This document shows positions 1 to 12,770 of a stretch of DNA of 64,000 bases, piece after piece (positions within the stretch are counted from its first letter, which is position 1; each line of letters starts with the position of its first letter). Location: positions 124,001-188,000 of the forward strand of contig NW_026781263.1 of NCBI RefSeq assembly GCF_030144855.1. The letters are read 5' to 3'. The stretch is from Hypanus sabinus. Its lineage: Eukaryota. The position numbers and the translations under genes were made by a program. Under the pieces are notes generated by a model. The model was not told the origin of the DNA. It saw only the letters and a list, made by a program, of their open reading frames with translations, and made no database searches.

Positions 1-29
1 CCAAATTCCACGTTCTCGCATGATACTCT

Positions 30-290
30 CTACTATCAGATTGTTCCTTCTCCAGTTCTTTGTCTTTTCTTCTCATCCCTTTCCAGCCACTTTTTCGGTC
101 CACCTTCCGCAAACGCCTGACTTCACCTAGCAGATTCGAGATTGCCCTCCTCCACTTCCCCAAATTCCTTATTCGGACATCTTCCTGTTCCTTTCCGTTG
201 CTGTTGGAGGATAGGAACGAAAACTCCACTATTTATTAAATTCCATAGATGCAGCCTGGCCTTCTGAGTTCCTCCAGCGTTTTGTGCGTC
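30..290 (+). mobile_element. Penelope-like element terminal-repeat (pLTR) fragment
   Basis: Ends in ttccatagatgcagcctggccttctgagttcctccagcgttttgtgcg. The same motif recurs at ~3170, ~9690, ~41370, 45410 (-) and 59280 (-). Family assignment is from recall of chondrichthyan Penelope ends. Confidence 0.55.
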
Positions 291-936
291 TGTGCATCAA
301 CGATGCAGTCCTTCACATGATAGAACAGCTCCCGGCGAGGTTCGCACCGGTATGAAGCTATGCGATTCAATCATCGTTCGAATGAACAGCGAATTGGTTC
401 AAAAGCTGAAATGGACATAGCACCCGCTTTAATCACATTGCGCAAACAATGACAATTGTTTTTGCAGATGTAGTATACTGGTAGCGCCAGATAGTGAGCC
501 AGAGAGTCGTATTTTCCTCTTTGATAAGCTGAATTGCACTTGCACTGTAAATACAACACGAGATTGTATTTTTTTTTTTGTTTTTATTTACTATCGTGCT
601 ACCACGATTCACTGATGCGTTGAATAGTCTGAACTGAATAGCTCATAAGAAGAGATTTCACTGTGTCCGGATACTCGTTGTAGTTGCAAGTCAGTCATGG
701 GATGAAATTGATCAGTTTGTCAGATCGTCATCGAAGGGCAGACATGGGTCAATATTGAGGTCTTTGTTCCCAGTAAGTAAAGGATTTTGAGCCGCTGCAG
801 ATGTCTTTCACCAGGAAGTCGCCGTAGACGGAATATTTGAGATATATATCTACTCTAGAAGACATTTATTTTTATTTTTGAACTCTTTCTTGTGCTTTGA
901 TCGTGAATGTTTGAACATATAAGCACGCGAATGAGT

Positions 937-1790
937 ATGACGACCTCAAAAGCTAAAGGGACAGAATCAAAAAACGGGAAAGATCCCGACGGGACGGTAA
1001 GATGAAAAGAGCTGAACCCAAGCAAACGGAATTTACTTAGGAGACAACGTTGGATCTTTTGAAGGCACAATCTACTGAACTACGCTAAAATATTAAAGAA
1101 GATTTGAAGGTACTTCAGGACTCTTTGGCTGCGCTTAATGACGAAGTTAAAATACAACAATCCAAAGTTACAGAACTACAGGACGACGCTCGGAAGAGAG
1201 ATCAGCAAATTGATCGTTTGGAACAAACTCTGTCTTCGACAGTTAAACAGTTGGAGAGTTGTAAATCCAAGATAATTGATCTCGAAAACCGACCCAGAAG
1301 ACAGAATCTACGTATAATCGGTCTCCCCGAAGATATCAAGAAAGGGGACCCTTAAAAATTCCTTTCTCAACTTTTAAAGGATGCGTTTACCTCTGAATTT
1401 CCAAACGAACGCCCATTACTTGAACTTTTCATCGTTCTTTTCCCCGATATCCGAGCCCTGGGGCCAGACCTGGAGCAGTGATTGTCCGGTTCGATTATGT
1501 GCATGTAAAAGAGCATTTTATCAGCATCGCTCGTCGGCAAAGTATGATCACATTTCAAAATGATCAATTCCGTCTCGTGGAGGATTACAGCCCAGAAGTG
1601 ATGAAGGCACGATAGGCTTTTATATCTTTGATGTCGGAATGTTATGAAAAGGGTCTCAAACCAGCGTCACTTCATCCTGCACGCACCGGAATTACTACTT
1701 CCGAAGGTCAACGCCATATTTTCCTGTGGACAAACGCCACTCTACGCTTTTTGGATGAACACTATAACATTATCCATTTGCTTCGGATAC
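937..1790 (+). pseudogene. LINE-1 ORF1p remnant
   Basis: ORF 1104-1355 gives heptad coiled-coil then KIIDLENRPRRQNLRIIGLPED, the L1 ORF1 RRM entry motif. Further pieces continue in shifted frames to ~1790. Confidence 0.85.
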
Positions 1791-3139
1791 TCATTTTTAA
1801 TTCATTTACGGTTTTGTAGTCCTGACTATGTGCTTATGCGCCTGTTTTTTTTTCTTATTTTTTTGAAGCCTACAGATTTCCTGTGAAGTTTGTTCTTTAC
1901 AAGTTTAAGGTTTTTGTTTTTGGTTACTAGTATAGTGACACTTGATACTTTAATTACAGCTTTTTTTTACTTGAAGTACTCGGTTTTTTTCTCCTTTTAA
2001 TTTTGCTAATCCTTCTTTTAAATTATTTGATTTTTGACATTTTTATTAACGACTGACGGGGGATTTTTTTTTTTTTCTGGAGGAATATCTTGTTTCTCTT
2101 TTCGTTTTGTATAATCAATATGGCGGTTTGTTGTTCTTATCTCATATTCCCTCTTGTTCTTTTACCCCGCCATTATTTTTTCTTTTTGCGTTCTCCTTCC
2201 CATAATGTTTTTATGTTTTTGAACTGTTACTTTTATTTACTGATTTTTTTTCCGATTTCTAATATACGCTGCGGTTTACCTTCTCTTCCCGATTTTAGAA
2301 ATCATTTTATGAATATTATTATTGTATAATCTTTAATTTATTCTGGATTTCGGGTGGACTTTACTTTAATATATATTTTTGGGGGTTGCCTTCTTGAGAA
2401 ACGGGAGTAGGTTTACTGTTATTTCACTTTTTGGCCTTCGTCAGGCTTGGGTCTTAGCGGGTGGAGGGAGGGGGTCTTTCTATATTTTGAGTTTTTTTCA
2501 TTTGCGCTGACTTAGACTACAAAGATGTCTGAAATGTCGTCACCTCCGGTTCCTCACTGAACTTATGTTCCTCTTCCAGGTTCTTGAGTTTTCATTATGG
2601 TTAACTCTTCACATACCAAAGGGTTGATTCTATGAAATTAAGGCTCGGATTATTATTTTTCTCTATTGGAATACAAATGGTTTAAACCATCTGATTAAAC
2701 GGAAGAAGACTTTTAATGTATTCCAAAGACTGGATGCTCATCTTATTTTTATACAAGAAACTCATATAAGCAAAGTGATAATCAGTGCTTTTTCACGTTT
2801 TCAAAAGAGACATCTGTTTCAATCGGATTCGCATGCTAAAATAAGAGGTGTTTCAATTTTTATAGTTCCTTCAATTACATTTGTTCATCATGATACTGTT
2901 TCCGAACCGAATGGCAGATTCTTGTTAGCTACTGTGTTACTTTGTAATAAAAATGGTTCTGCCTAACGTTTACGCTCCGAATGTGGATTATCCCGAATTT
3001 TTTAAAGAATTTATTTACTGCTCTCCCTGATCTAAATGAATATATGCTGATAACGGGCGGTGTTTTTAATTGTTGTTTGAATTCTTCGATGGATAGTTCC
3101 ATATCTACTCAAGCTTTACCAAATAAGTCGGCTACTCTT

Positions 3140-3223
3140 TTCTCTGCCGACCCATCGACAGCGCCTCTCCCTATAGATGCTGCCTGGCCTGCTGCGCTCC
3201 ATCAGCACTTTGTGTGTGTGTTG
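3140..3223 (+). mobile_element. Short Penelope-type terminal fragment inserted in L1 ORF2, with 11-bp TSD
   Basis: Direct repeat cggctactctt at 3129-3139 and 3224-3234 flanks ...atagatgctgcctggcctgctgcgctccatcagcactttgtgtgtgtgttg. Confidence 0.75.
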
Positions 3224-6200
3224 CGGCTACTCTTATCAATTCTTTTACGAATAATTCTGGAATTTTGGATATTTGGAGATTTCTACACCCAAAGGATACG
3301 GTGCTTTCATTGTTTTCACACGTTTATCATTCTTACGCTAGAATAGATTTTTTTTATTGACTCCCGTCTCGTTCCATCTGTGTTTGACAGTAACTATGAC
3401 ATTATTGCCATTTCCGATCATGCTCCAATGAAACATTCTAACAAATTCATGGATATAGTTCCTAGTATTAGACAATGGCATATTAATTTCAATCTGCTTC
3501 AGGACTCGGATTTTGTTCATTTTAAGAAGGAACAGATTGATTTCTTCTTTTCAACTAATTTTACAGAAGGAATTTCCAACGGGACACTTGTGACACTTTC
3601 AAGGCAAATACCCGTGGTCAGGTTATTTCCTATTCTGTTGGTATGAGGAAACGTGTTAGGAATGAAACATTGTTATTGGTTGATAAGATCAAAGAAATGG
3701 ATAAAAATATCCCATGGCTCCTAGCAACGAGCTTTAGAAACTGGGAGTCGAGCTTCAAGCTTATAATTTGTTATTTATATCCTCGATTGAAAATCAACTA
3801 ATGAAACCTAGAAGCGAGTTTCATTTTATAGTAATAAATCGGGTAAATTATTTGCTAATCAATTGAAAACTGCCTCAGTTAAACACCAGATCATTAAGAT
3901 TCTTAAACAAGTTGATAATTTGACAGTTAATCATGACGAAATAAACAAATATTTTCAAGATTTTTATACCTCTTTATATAATTCCGAGTTTCCTAATGAT
4001 TCTAATATCATGTATAACTTTTTAAGGAAATAGAACTTTCCGATATTATCACCCGAAGAACGTCTAATATTAGAAATTCCCATTACAGATGAAGAAATAA
4101 AAGGAGTCGTAGTTTCAATTAATTCTGGTAAAGCACCAGGTCCAGATGGTTATATAGTATATGTTTTTAAGTGTTTCGCTTCAATTCTCTCTCCTTGGTT
4201 AGGTAAAGTTTTTAAAGAAGCAATTAGATTTGGTAAATTACCACAATCATTTTCCAGGTCTTCTATTTCCTTAACTTTGAAAAAGAATAAAGATCCTACT
4301 GACTGTGCATCATATCGATCGATATCTTTGCTGAACGTAGATTCTAAGATTTTTTTCTAAGACATTGGCGACTAGGTTGGAGAAGGTGTTACCTCGAATT
4401 ATGTCAGTGGATCAAATTTGATTTATTAGAAATCGTTTCTCTGCTTTTAACATTAGGAGCTTAATGAATATTGCTTACACCCCTTCACGTAGTACTCCAG
4501 AAGGTGTCATTTCATTAGATGCTGAGAAAGCATTTGACAGAGTTGAATGGCCATATTTATTTACTGTATTAGAGACATTTAGTTTAAGTTCGACATTTAT
4601 ATCTTGGATTAAATTGATATATAATACCCCAGTAGCTTCGGTTAACACTAATAATCAAAGATCTCCCTGTTTCCGCTTATTTCGGGGCACCAGGCAAGGT
4701 TGCCCTCTCAGTCCATTACTATTTGATATTGCTCTGGAAAATTTAGCAATTGCTATTGGAGAATCATCTAATAATTTTGGCATTTTCCGCGGGAATGAGA
4801 TACATAAACTATTATTATATGCAGATGACTTATAATTGTATATCTCTAATTCTGAGGTATGCATTCCCGCAGAATTATCTTTGCTGGCTCAGTTTAGCAC
4901 TTTTTCCAATTATAAACTGAACCTCAATAAGAGCGAACTGTTTCCTCTTAATATGCAGGTTCCAATTTATAGATATTTACACTTTAAATTGATATTTGAT
5001 ATATTTAGTGGTTAAAATTACGAAAATAAAAATAATTTATTTAAGGCTAACTTTTTACCTTTAATTAATCCGATTAAGCATTTGTTTACTAATTGATCAG
5101 CAAAGGCTTTATAATCGATAGCCCGGATCAATGCTATCAAAATGATTATATTACCTAAATATTTGTATTTTTTCAGGCGGCACCAATTTTTATTCGGTTT
5201 TTTTTTTGACATTGGTGATTCTAAAATTTCTTCTTATATTTGACAGAATAAAAATCCGAGGCTAGGCAAAAGATACTTACACAAGTCTAGAAATGAGGCT
5301 GCCTAAATTTAGGTTTTATTATTGGGCAATTAATATCCACTATTTGAATTTTTAGCTTTGGGACTTGGATATAAACTTAAGCCCTCGCTGGGTAAATCTC
5401 GAATGTAAATCGGTACAAGGGTTTTCACTGGGTTCTATCTTAGGGACTTCGCTCCCTTTGCACTTTCTAAATTGCATAAGTTATTGGATAATCCAATAGT
5501 AAAACACTTTACTAATATGATTTCAATTTCGGTAATTTTTGGCGTTGAATCAATTTATTCTCGCAAGTCCAATTATATGTATTTTTTTCCATCTCTCTAT
5601 TCTGGGACAAGCCTGTTTGACTTGGAAAACTAAAGGTATATCACGATTTAGTGATTTATTTTTGGATAATTGTTCCATGTCATTTATCTAACAATTATCT
5701 AAAAATATAATTTACCTAGATCCCATTTTTTTTTAGATATTTACAGGTTAGAATCTGTTTAAATACCCTCCTTCCTACTTTCCCGAATCTATACTCTATA
5801 GGTAGTTTGGGGAAAAAATAGATTTAAATCATTCTCAGAAAGGTGAAATAGCATCTATCTATAATACAATTATGGAAATTCATTCAGATGCATCTAATAA
5901 AATTTAAAATGATTAGGAAAGGGAACTTAAGCTTACCTTATCTATCGAAAAATGGGAAAAATTTTCAATCAGTTAACTCATCCTCTATGTGTCCTAAACA
6001 TTCGTTGATACCGTTAAAAATAGTTCAAAGGGCCCATATGTCTAAGGATAACTTAGCTCGTTATTATTCTCAGGTAAGTCCGGTTTGTGACAGATGTCAT
6101 TCTGAGACCGCTTCTTTAACTCATATATTTTGGTCATGTCCCACTCTGAAAAAAGATTGGGATGATATCTTTGACATCACCTCAACTGTTTTGAATATTG

Positions 6201-6381
6201 ATTTACAACCTCATCCTATTACTGCAATTTTTGGTTTACCAATGAAGGAACATTTTCAGCGCGTTAGATGATTGCATTTCTTACAGTAATGGCTAAAAGA
6301 TCTATTTTGCCGAACTGGAAAGAGATTAATCCTCCCACCACGTTTCATTGGTTCTCTCAAACTATGTTATGCTTAAACTTA

Positions 6382-6982
6382 CGTAATGCTCACGCTATCT
6401 GCTGATCTATGTCTAGTCGAAAATCCGTCCACCCGCCAAACGGTGACTCTTGTATGCGTGATTGCTGTGAAATGCACACTGGTACCAACTAGCGCACACA
6501 ATATCAGACTGAACACCATTACGGTTACAGAGTACACTTTATAAATCTTACTAGAACAAGGTAATTAATAGCGAAACAACATATTAAAAAAAAGGAATGA
6601 AAAGAAAAGGCACAAAAACGTATCAGAGTTCAGCCAATTGGTGCACAACCGTTGGAGCTCAATTATCGAAGTCTTCGGTTCACTATTCGATCTTCTCCGG
6701 CCTCCTCGACCCGCCGTCTGGGACCAACCTCGGTGATCGAGCAAAGCGCATCTAGGACGTCCTCTTTCTTCGGTTCTCCTCCCCGAAAAACTCGCGCACT
6801 CACTCCTGGTTCCCACACATACAGATAGAACAACATTGCTACCATTGCTTAGTTTTCTCCGTTACCAATAATTATACATTCCAACTAAACAGAGCATTAC
6901 CATCAGTTACCCACAAATAAACCATTATCACTCTACAGAGCAGCCATTTTATACGTGCAGTTAATAATCTGAGAACCCTATA
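6382..6982. mobile_element. Probable solo LTR inserted in L1 ORF2, with 4-bp TSD
   Basis: CTTA at 6378-6381 and 6983-6986. Termini cgtaat...cctata are each one transition from TG...CA. L1 ORF2 (TMLCLNL|E..LRS...KFEKT) rejoins across the insert. Confidence 0.65.
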
Positions 6983-8748
6983 CTTAGAAGAAACTCAGAA
7001 GTCTTATATGTGGTCCATCTATTAAATTTGAAAAGACTTGTCGGCCTTTTATTCAACACTTTCATATGATGTGATTTGATCTATTTTCGAACCTATTAAG
7101 TGTTAATATACCCAGGGAGGTTCAGAGTTGATGACAATAATGATCCTTTTTTTCTTGATGTTATAAACAGCCTATTTTCTTTTCTGTTCTTAGTTTTCTT
7201 TTAAATTTTGATTAGTATTATTGAGATTAGTTTTTTTGAGGGGTATATTTTATTATATATATAGATATTCATTCTACATTTGTACTCGAACATTTTTGAC
7301 GTTCATTACCTATGTATTAAATGAATATCTAACGATATATGTCTACATATGTTATCCATTAACAATGTCATCTCAACAATTGTGTAGTAATATTATAATG
7401 GTCTATGCATTATCTTTCTATTAACAAAAGGATTGAAAAGAAGGAGAAAGAGGGGGCAGTGTGATTAGTCTAGGGACCGATACATCGCTGTGGAGAGCTC
7501 ACATACACAAGTACACTTTCCTATCCGCACCTCCCGCTCTCCGTCGTGGTCTTTGACACACAGTCATTCCCTTAGACTGCTGAGTTTGCAGTCCATGCAT
7601 TAGGTATAGGCGTCGGTCCTGAAGGAGTCCCCAAATATTCTGACTGTGAGGGAGTGACTGAAGACACTTTGCAGCTTGGTGGATATGAAAGTGTTTGTTC
7701 ATCACCACAAATAGACATTTTCTTGTACACAGTCTCGGCGGAGACACTCAAACTCAAATTACGTCAAGACGTTTTAATCCTGGTGACAATGGTAACAGTA
7801 GGCGATTCAATACAGTAACTCAAACTACAATGTTACAATTCAAGATGTTGTGTCTGACAAACGGTTCCATTGAAGTGCAGATTTACAGTCGAAGCTCTTT
7901 GCAATTGATGAGACATCTTTGAAGGTTCAGTCGCTTTTATCGGTTCCAACAAACCCACACAGATGTTCAAAAAGCTGCTGAGAACTGAGATTCCGGAAGT
8001 CCAAGATGAATGCTGTGAGGGCTGACAGGTGGACAGTCAGGGAGAGTAGGGAGACCTATCAAGTGATGGTAGGTGCGTTCCATTTCATACGACGTCATGG
8101 ATGGCACAATCACTGTGGGCCGAATGGACATTTCCCGATCTTTGCCTTTCTCTGGTCTATGTAGGACAATCAGAAGGCAGAGTTTATTTTCTCAGAGCAA
8201 ACATTCCTCTGATTGCTGATGAACGTTGACATGTTCACGATCCAGGACAAAGGTTGGTACACTTCACCCGAACAAGCTGAGGATGGTTTCTTGTAGCGGG
8301 AGTGGGAGATAAGGTTACAGTGAGATGAGCTCTGATTACAGTTGATGGAAAATCAGAGTGAGGAGGCCCCTTTACTCTCTGTTGATCTGCTCACCCAATA
8401 GACAAGAGTCACACTTGCGCAAGGTGAGGTGGAGATTTGGGTCTGATGGTGTTCGAAACAATACTGTACCCCCTTTGCTGCAGGAATGACACTCGGAATT
8501 TACAACCCTAAGTCGCAACACAATTTCCATTGTGTCAGTTTCACAATTAATTCAATGAGGTAATCACAGTGTTGCAACGAGGGACTGCACTTGGTTGAAG
8601 TAATCAGATTGTAAATAAATTTGAAAAATGTTTATTTTTAAACCTGTCCCCGTGGAGTCGGTAAATGGTATTAAAACCCCAGGTATGTGCAGCCTCGGCA
8701 TTTCATTCCTGGAGATATTCTGCATCACACGCCGACGGGCGAGAGAAA

Positions 8749-8824
8749 ATGTCTGCATTGCTGGATAGGTTCCGGCCTGTGTATAGTATATTGAGCGTGT
8801 TCATTGTCGCTATTGGATTTCCTG
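8749..8824 (+). CDS. GPR139-like GPCR paralogue 1, exon 1
   Basis: ATG then MSALLDRFRPVYSILSVFIVAIGFP, followed by a phase-1 donor G|GTGAGT. Confidence 0.85.
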
Positions 8825-10054
8825 GTGAGTGAGCAGAGCTATTCGTCTCTGGCACTTCTGTCTGTAAACCGGTGTGAGCTGTTTGGGGTCATTTTACAAG
8901 CTTCCCGCTTGATGCTCGTGGCCGTAATACCCGTCAGTGATATATATCCAGACTCTTCAATATGCTGATTAAATAACAAACTTAACTAAACTACTGTCTC
9001 TCCTCTAACTCACAGGATTGACTCGAACGTTGTTCTTGCATTTGATGGAACTTTGTTCAGGGTGGTACCAATGCTGGGAACAGGCAGCTCTCCGGGAATG
9101 TGAGACTAGTAAAGTTATACATTGTGGGGCTGGCTGTTTATGAGTTACTGACCGGAGTGAATAGTTGGTCCTTTAAAGACACCCTCTACAGAGCTGTTCC
9201 AGTTTTGGGAGCCGGTTCTAATGGCACCTTCTCAATGTTGTCCCAGTGCTGAGGACAGGCAGCTCTCCAGGAAGGAGCGACGAGATGACTTCCAGTGGCA
9301 CCGCCTCCAGAGTTGTCCTAGTCTTGGGGGCGGGCAGCACTCCGGGACGGTGTGATTGGAAGCGATTGAAGAGACTGAAATCAGTCATTGTGTTTCTGAT
9401 CAGATTGAACCCTTGCGTCTGTGTTTCACTTCTCCCTGTAGAATCTGTCATGTCGCATTGTATTGCCTATTTGTCAATAATTTGGCCCGATCTCCTGAGA
9501 CTAGTCCTCGGATCTACTGACGTGGGTTTTCGAAACGAGTTGCGCTGTAGAAGTAATCCATTAACGGAGCCACTCAGCGTCTGGTTACTATGTTGTCCCG
9601 GCTTTCCCTGAGAGACCCGACCTCGCTCGGGGCACCCTTCGGCCCTGAAGAAGTGTCTCGGATGGATATCTCGGTCTCTGTTCAACATCGCGCAAACTGC
9701 TGAGTTCCACCAGCAAGCTGTGTGTGTTTTCGCCCTCTGGATGCTGTTTCGGCCCCGTCAGGTGTTGAATTTCCAGAGGCCCGGACAGTCCCTGGAAATC
9801 AGTGAAACCGGGTCCACCACGACTAGAATCGCCTTAAGTACCGATCGTTGTCGTTCGTGCAGCTCGTGTTTAACCCCGACGATTACCGACATATCCCTTC
9901 ATCTCCACACTGAAGAAGGTAGCTCAGTGACAGTGTGACCCATGTTTGTGACGCATCTAGTTTCCTGACCTCTGGCTGAAACCCGAACCTCTGTCCATTC
10001 CCGGAGAATGAGTTTAGTAATGCCCGGTGTGTGTTCTCTTCTCTCTCCCTGCAG

Positions 10055-10962
10055 TGAATTTAGCGGCGATTGTGATCCTGTCCCGGGGTAAGTGCGGCCT
10101 CTCTACCTGCACCACTCGCTACCTGGTGGCCATGGCAGCGGGGGATCTGCTGACCGTAGTCATAGAGGTCCTTGGCCGTCAAGTCTTAGATTATTACTTT
10201 CCGTGGAATTTTCTGAGGAGTTACCCTACGTGCAAGATCATAGAGGTACTGAGAATCGCAGCCACATACTGCTCTGTCTGGTTCACCGTCGCCTTCACTT
10301 TTGATCGGTTTGTCGCCATCTGCTGTCAGAAGCTGAAAACTATATATTGCACCGGGAAAACTGCGGTTGTGGTTCTCACAACAACCGGCGTGCTGTCCTT
10401 TCTGAAAAACGTTCCCCGCTACTTTCTCTTTGGAGCCAGACAGATAATCAACAATGTACCGTGGCGCTGTAAACTCACGGCCAACACTTCAACTGACCTC
10501 GGATGGGTCGTAGACCGTTGGCTCGATGTAGTTTTAAATCCATTCATCCCGTTCATTGTGATTCTGCTGCTCAACTCTCTGACGGTCAGGCACATTGTTG
10601 TGACCAGTCGTGTCCGTAAGGGGCTGAGGAGTGATAGCAAGGGGGAGCGCAGCAGGGACCCGGAGATGGAGAGCCGGAGGAGGTCTGTGGTTTTACTCTT
10701 CACCCTCTCCGGCAGCTTCATCCTCCTGTGGATGACGAACGTTGTAAATTTCATGTATTATGAACTCAAAGGAATAGGATTCAATTTCAATGATTCTGAA
10801 TGGATCTTTCACCTCGTCGGAGCCTTGCTGAAGAATTTCAGCTGCTGCACGAACACATTTATTTACGCGGTCACTCAGTCGAAATTCAGGGAACAGCTGA
10901 TCAGTGCGGTGAAATATCCGTTCACCTCGGTGATTCAGTTCATTACTCAGGCCGCGCACTGA
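10055..10962 (+). CDS. GPR139-like GPCR paralogue 1, exon 2 (intact; 327 aa when spliced)
   Basis: Polypyrimidine tract plus CAG at 10052-10054. 7TM motifs VNLAAIVIL, YLVAMAAGDLL, CSVWFTVAFTFDRFVAICC, DPEMESRRRS, SCCTNTFIY. Exons of 76 and 908 nt join in frame. Confidence 0.92.
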
Positions 10963-11233
10963 CCGGAGTCTGGAGGCGGCAGCAGTGTCTCCAGTCCGGG
11001 CCCCAGATACTCACATTCACCGCCTGATCTCTCATGCAGGAGTGTCCCATGGACCGGCAGTTCCTGGACGTTAGGAGCAGCGGTGTGGACCAGAACCGGA
11101 TGGAGGAGCGTGCATCGTGATTGAGGGATAGAGGGATGTGGTTGTGAGGGCGATCTGTGAGGGAGTGACTGAGCGAGGTGGGGAACCGAGAGCGGGGCTT
11201 CCCTCGGCTTGGAGTGATTGGGAAAACGAGCGA

Positions 11234-11236
<3 letters not shown>

Positions 11237-11297
<61 letters not shown>

Positions 11298-11320
11298 GTG
11301 TGTGTGTGTGTGTATGTGTG
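11237..11320. repeat. (TG)n microsatellite
   Basis: About 40 TG units with two interruptions. Confidence 0.95.
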
Positions 11321-12379
11321 AATGATGCCAGGAAGTGGGTTGGGGGAGCCGTGTTACAGCGCGTCTTGATTGTAAGTTCTACCCACCGTCAATGCGGGTC
11401 TGGAGATGGGGAAGGTGGACAATTCACATGCATTTTCGTAGTTTTGAAGTCAAGATATAGTGCACCGCGTGGTTATTGTGGTGGGTCTGAATTCTGGAAC
11501 GAGTGCGCAGTCAACGCAGGCTCGTAGGATTTTGCGATTAGCACAGGCCCGTGACTTTTCAGTTTATAGCAAAAGTCGGAGACCTTTACTTTAATTAAAA
11601 AAAAAAACAAACCCAGTCGCTCCACACTTTCGTCATTCGGTCAGGCACTGCCTCGTAAAGTGAACACAACAATTCAATGACGGAGTTTGTGAATGAAGTC
11701 GAGCATTTCCTCTTACGAACAGCTTGTGTCATTTGCCTCAGTTTACATTGCCCCACAAATGATTCGTGACAGTAGGACCTGCTGCGACGGAGGGGACAAT
11801 CATTGTTGCACCACGCTCATATTTGGGATCAGTGCACAGTCACTATCCAGTCTCCTCCTGACTCGAGTCCTCCCGTTGTGAATTCTTTAGTCCTTTCTGA
11901 GGCGGGCGACCAGAGATTTACGCGGTGCTCCAGCTGTGGTCTCACCAAACCAGAAAGGGACAGAACGGGAACAGGCCTTTCCGATCACTGCGTGTTCTGA
12001 ACTAATTTAACTAGTAATTTCATGCCGAGCTGAACCAATCCCGTCTGCCCACACAAGGTCCACATCCCTCCATTCTCCACATATTGTTGTGGATTCCAAT
12101 ACCCTCCATCGCCTCTGCCACTACCCTTGCCCCTGCAATTTATTCCAGACTCTCACCACGAGGAGTATGAAAAAAACAGACTCGCAACGCACGTCTCCTG
12201 AAAACATCATTGGTCAGGTTTACTGTTTTACTGTTTTTTTTTCCTGCATCAATCTCGGAAAAAGATACAAAATGACACTTATTCAAAAATAAATAAATAT
12301 TGAAAAAACAAGTGCCTGCGTTTGACCCATCTCCCCGGGACAGGAATCGGCACGAATAGACATCCGTCGCTTTGCACAT

Positions 12380-12770
12380 GCGCTGAAGGATATTTCTTTT
12401 CCTCCGCGGTCGGTGTGTGTGACCAAACCATCACTATTCAGCAAGCATACAAAACCATGAGGAGATATAAACACGGCCGCTGAGGAGGTCGTGTTGGGTC
12501 TCTTAAAGAGCATTAAGTGGGATATGTTTCCTGCGCCTGGCGGGATTTACTGCACATTATTGAGTGGGAGAGATGAGTATACTGCGGATTTGCCCAATGC
12601 ATTTGGGTTCTTCATACCCACAAGCAAGATTTAGAAAGCCAAATATAAATGTTATTGTAAATTTAGAACCGGGGTGGGTACTCTAGAAAAACACAGACCA
12701 ACTTCACGTCAGGGGTAGGTAAGTTACTGGACAGGGTTCTTAGGGAGAGGATGTAGAGTTATCGAACAGC
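12380..12770 (+). mobile_element. CR1 LINE ORF2 fragment
   Basis: Decayed EEVVLGLLKSIK..PAPGGIY (KSPGPDGIYPR-like) followed by YRP.SLTS.VGKLLE-like sequence. Confidence 0.6.

Larger units (their letters stand above)
2632..7075 (+). pseudogene. LINE-1 ORF2p remnant (APE endonuclease, reverse transcriptase, CCHC)
   Basis: WNTNGLN and IQETH (2667-2765), ISDHAP (~3410), KAPGPDG (~4130), SLDAEKAFDRVEW, GTRQGCPLSPLLF and LLYADDL (4464-4835), CDRCHSETASLTHIFWSCP (~6085-6140). The C-terminus resumes after the insertion at 6983. Confidence 0.92.
810..7445 (+). mobile_element. Near full-length decayed LINE-1 (ORF1, long T-rich spacer, ORF2, 3' UTR)
   Basis: ORF1 coiled-coil plus LENRPRRQNLRIIGLPE. 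ORF2 has EN, RT and CCHC motifs in the expected order. A-rich 3' end at ~7425-7445. Many stops and frameshifts. Termini approximate. Confidence 0.9.

Noticed and set aside
10419-10754. Conserved antisense ORFs over the GPCR exons (also 23915, 27496, 38068)
   Set aside because: They are shadows of the conserved sense codons in TM5-TM6.
10055-10962. Assigning the gene symbol GPR139
   Set aside because: These are diverged multi-copy paralogues, and orthology to GPR139 or GPR142 cannot be set without a phylogeny.
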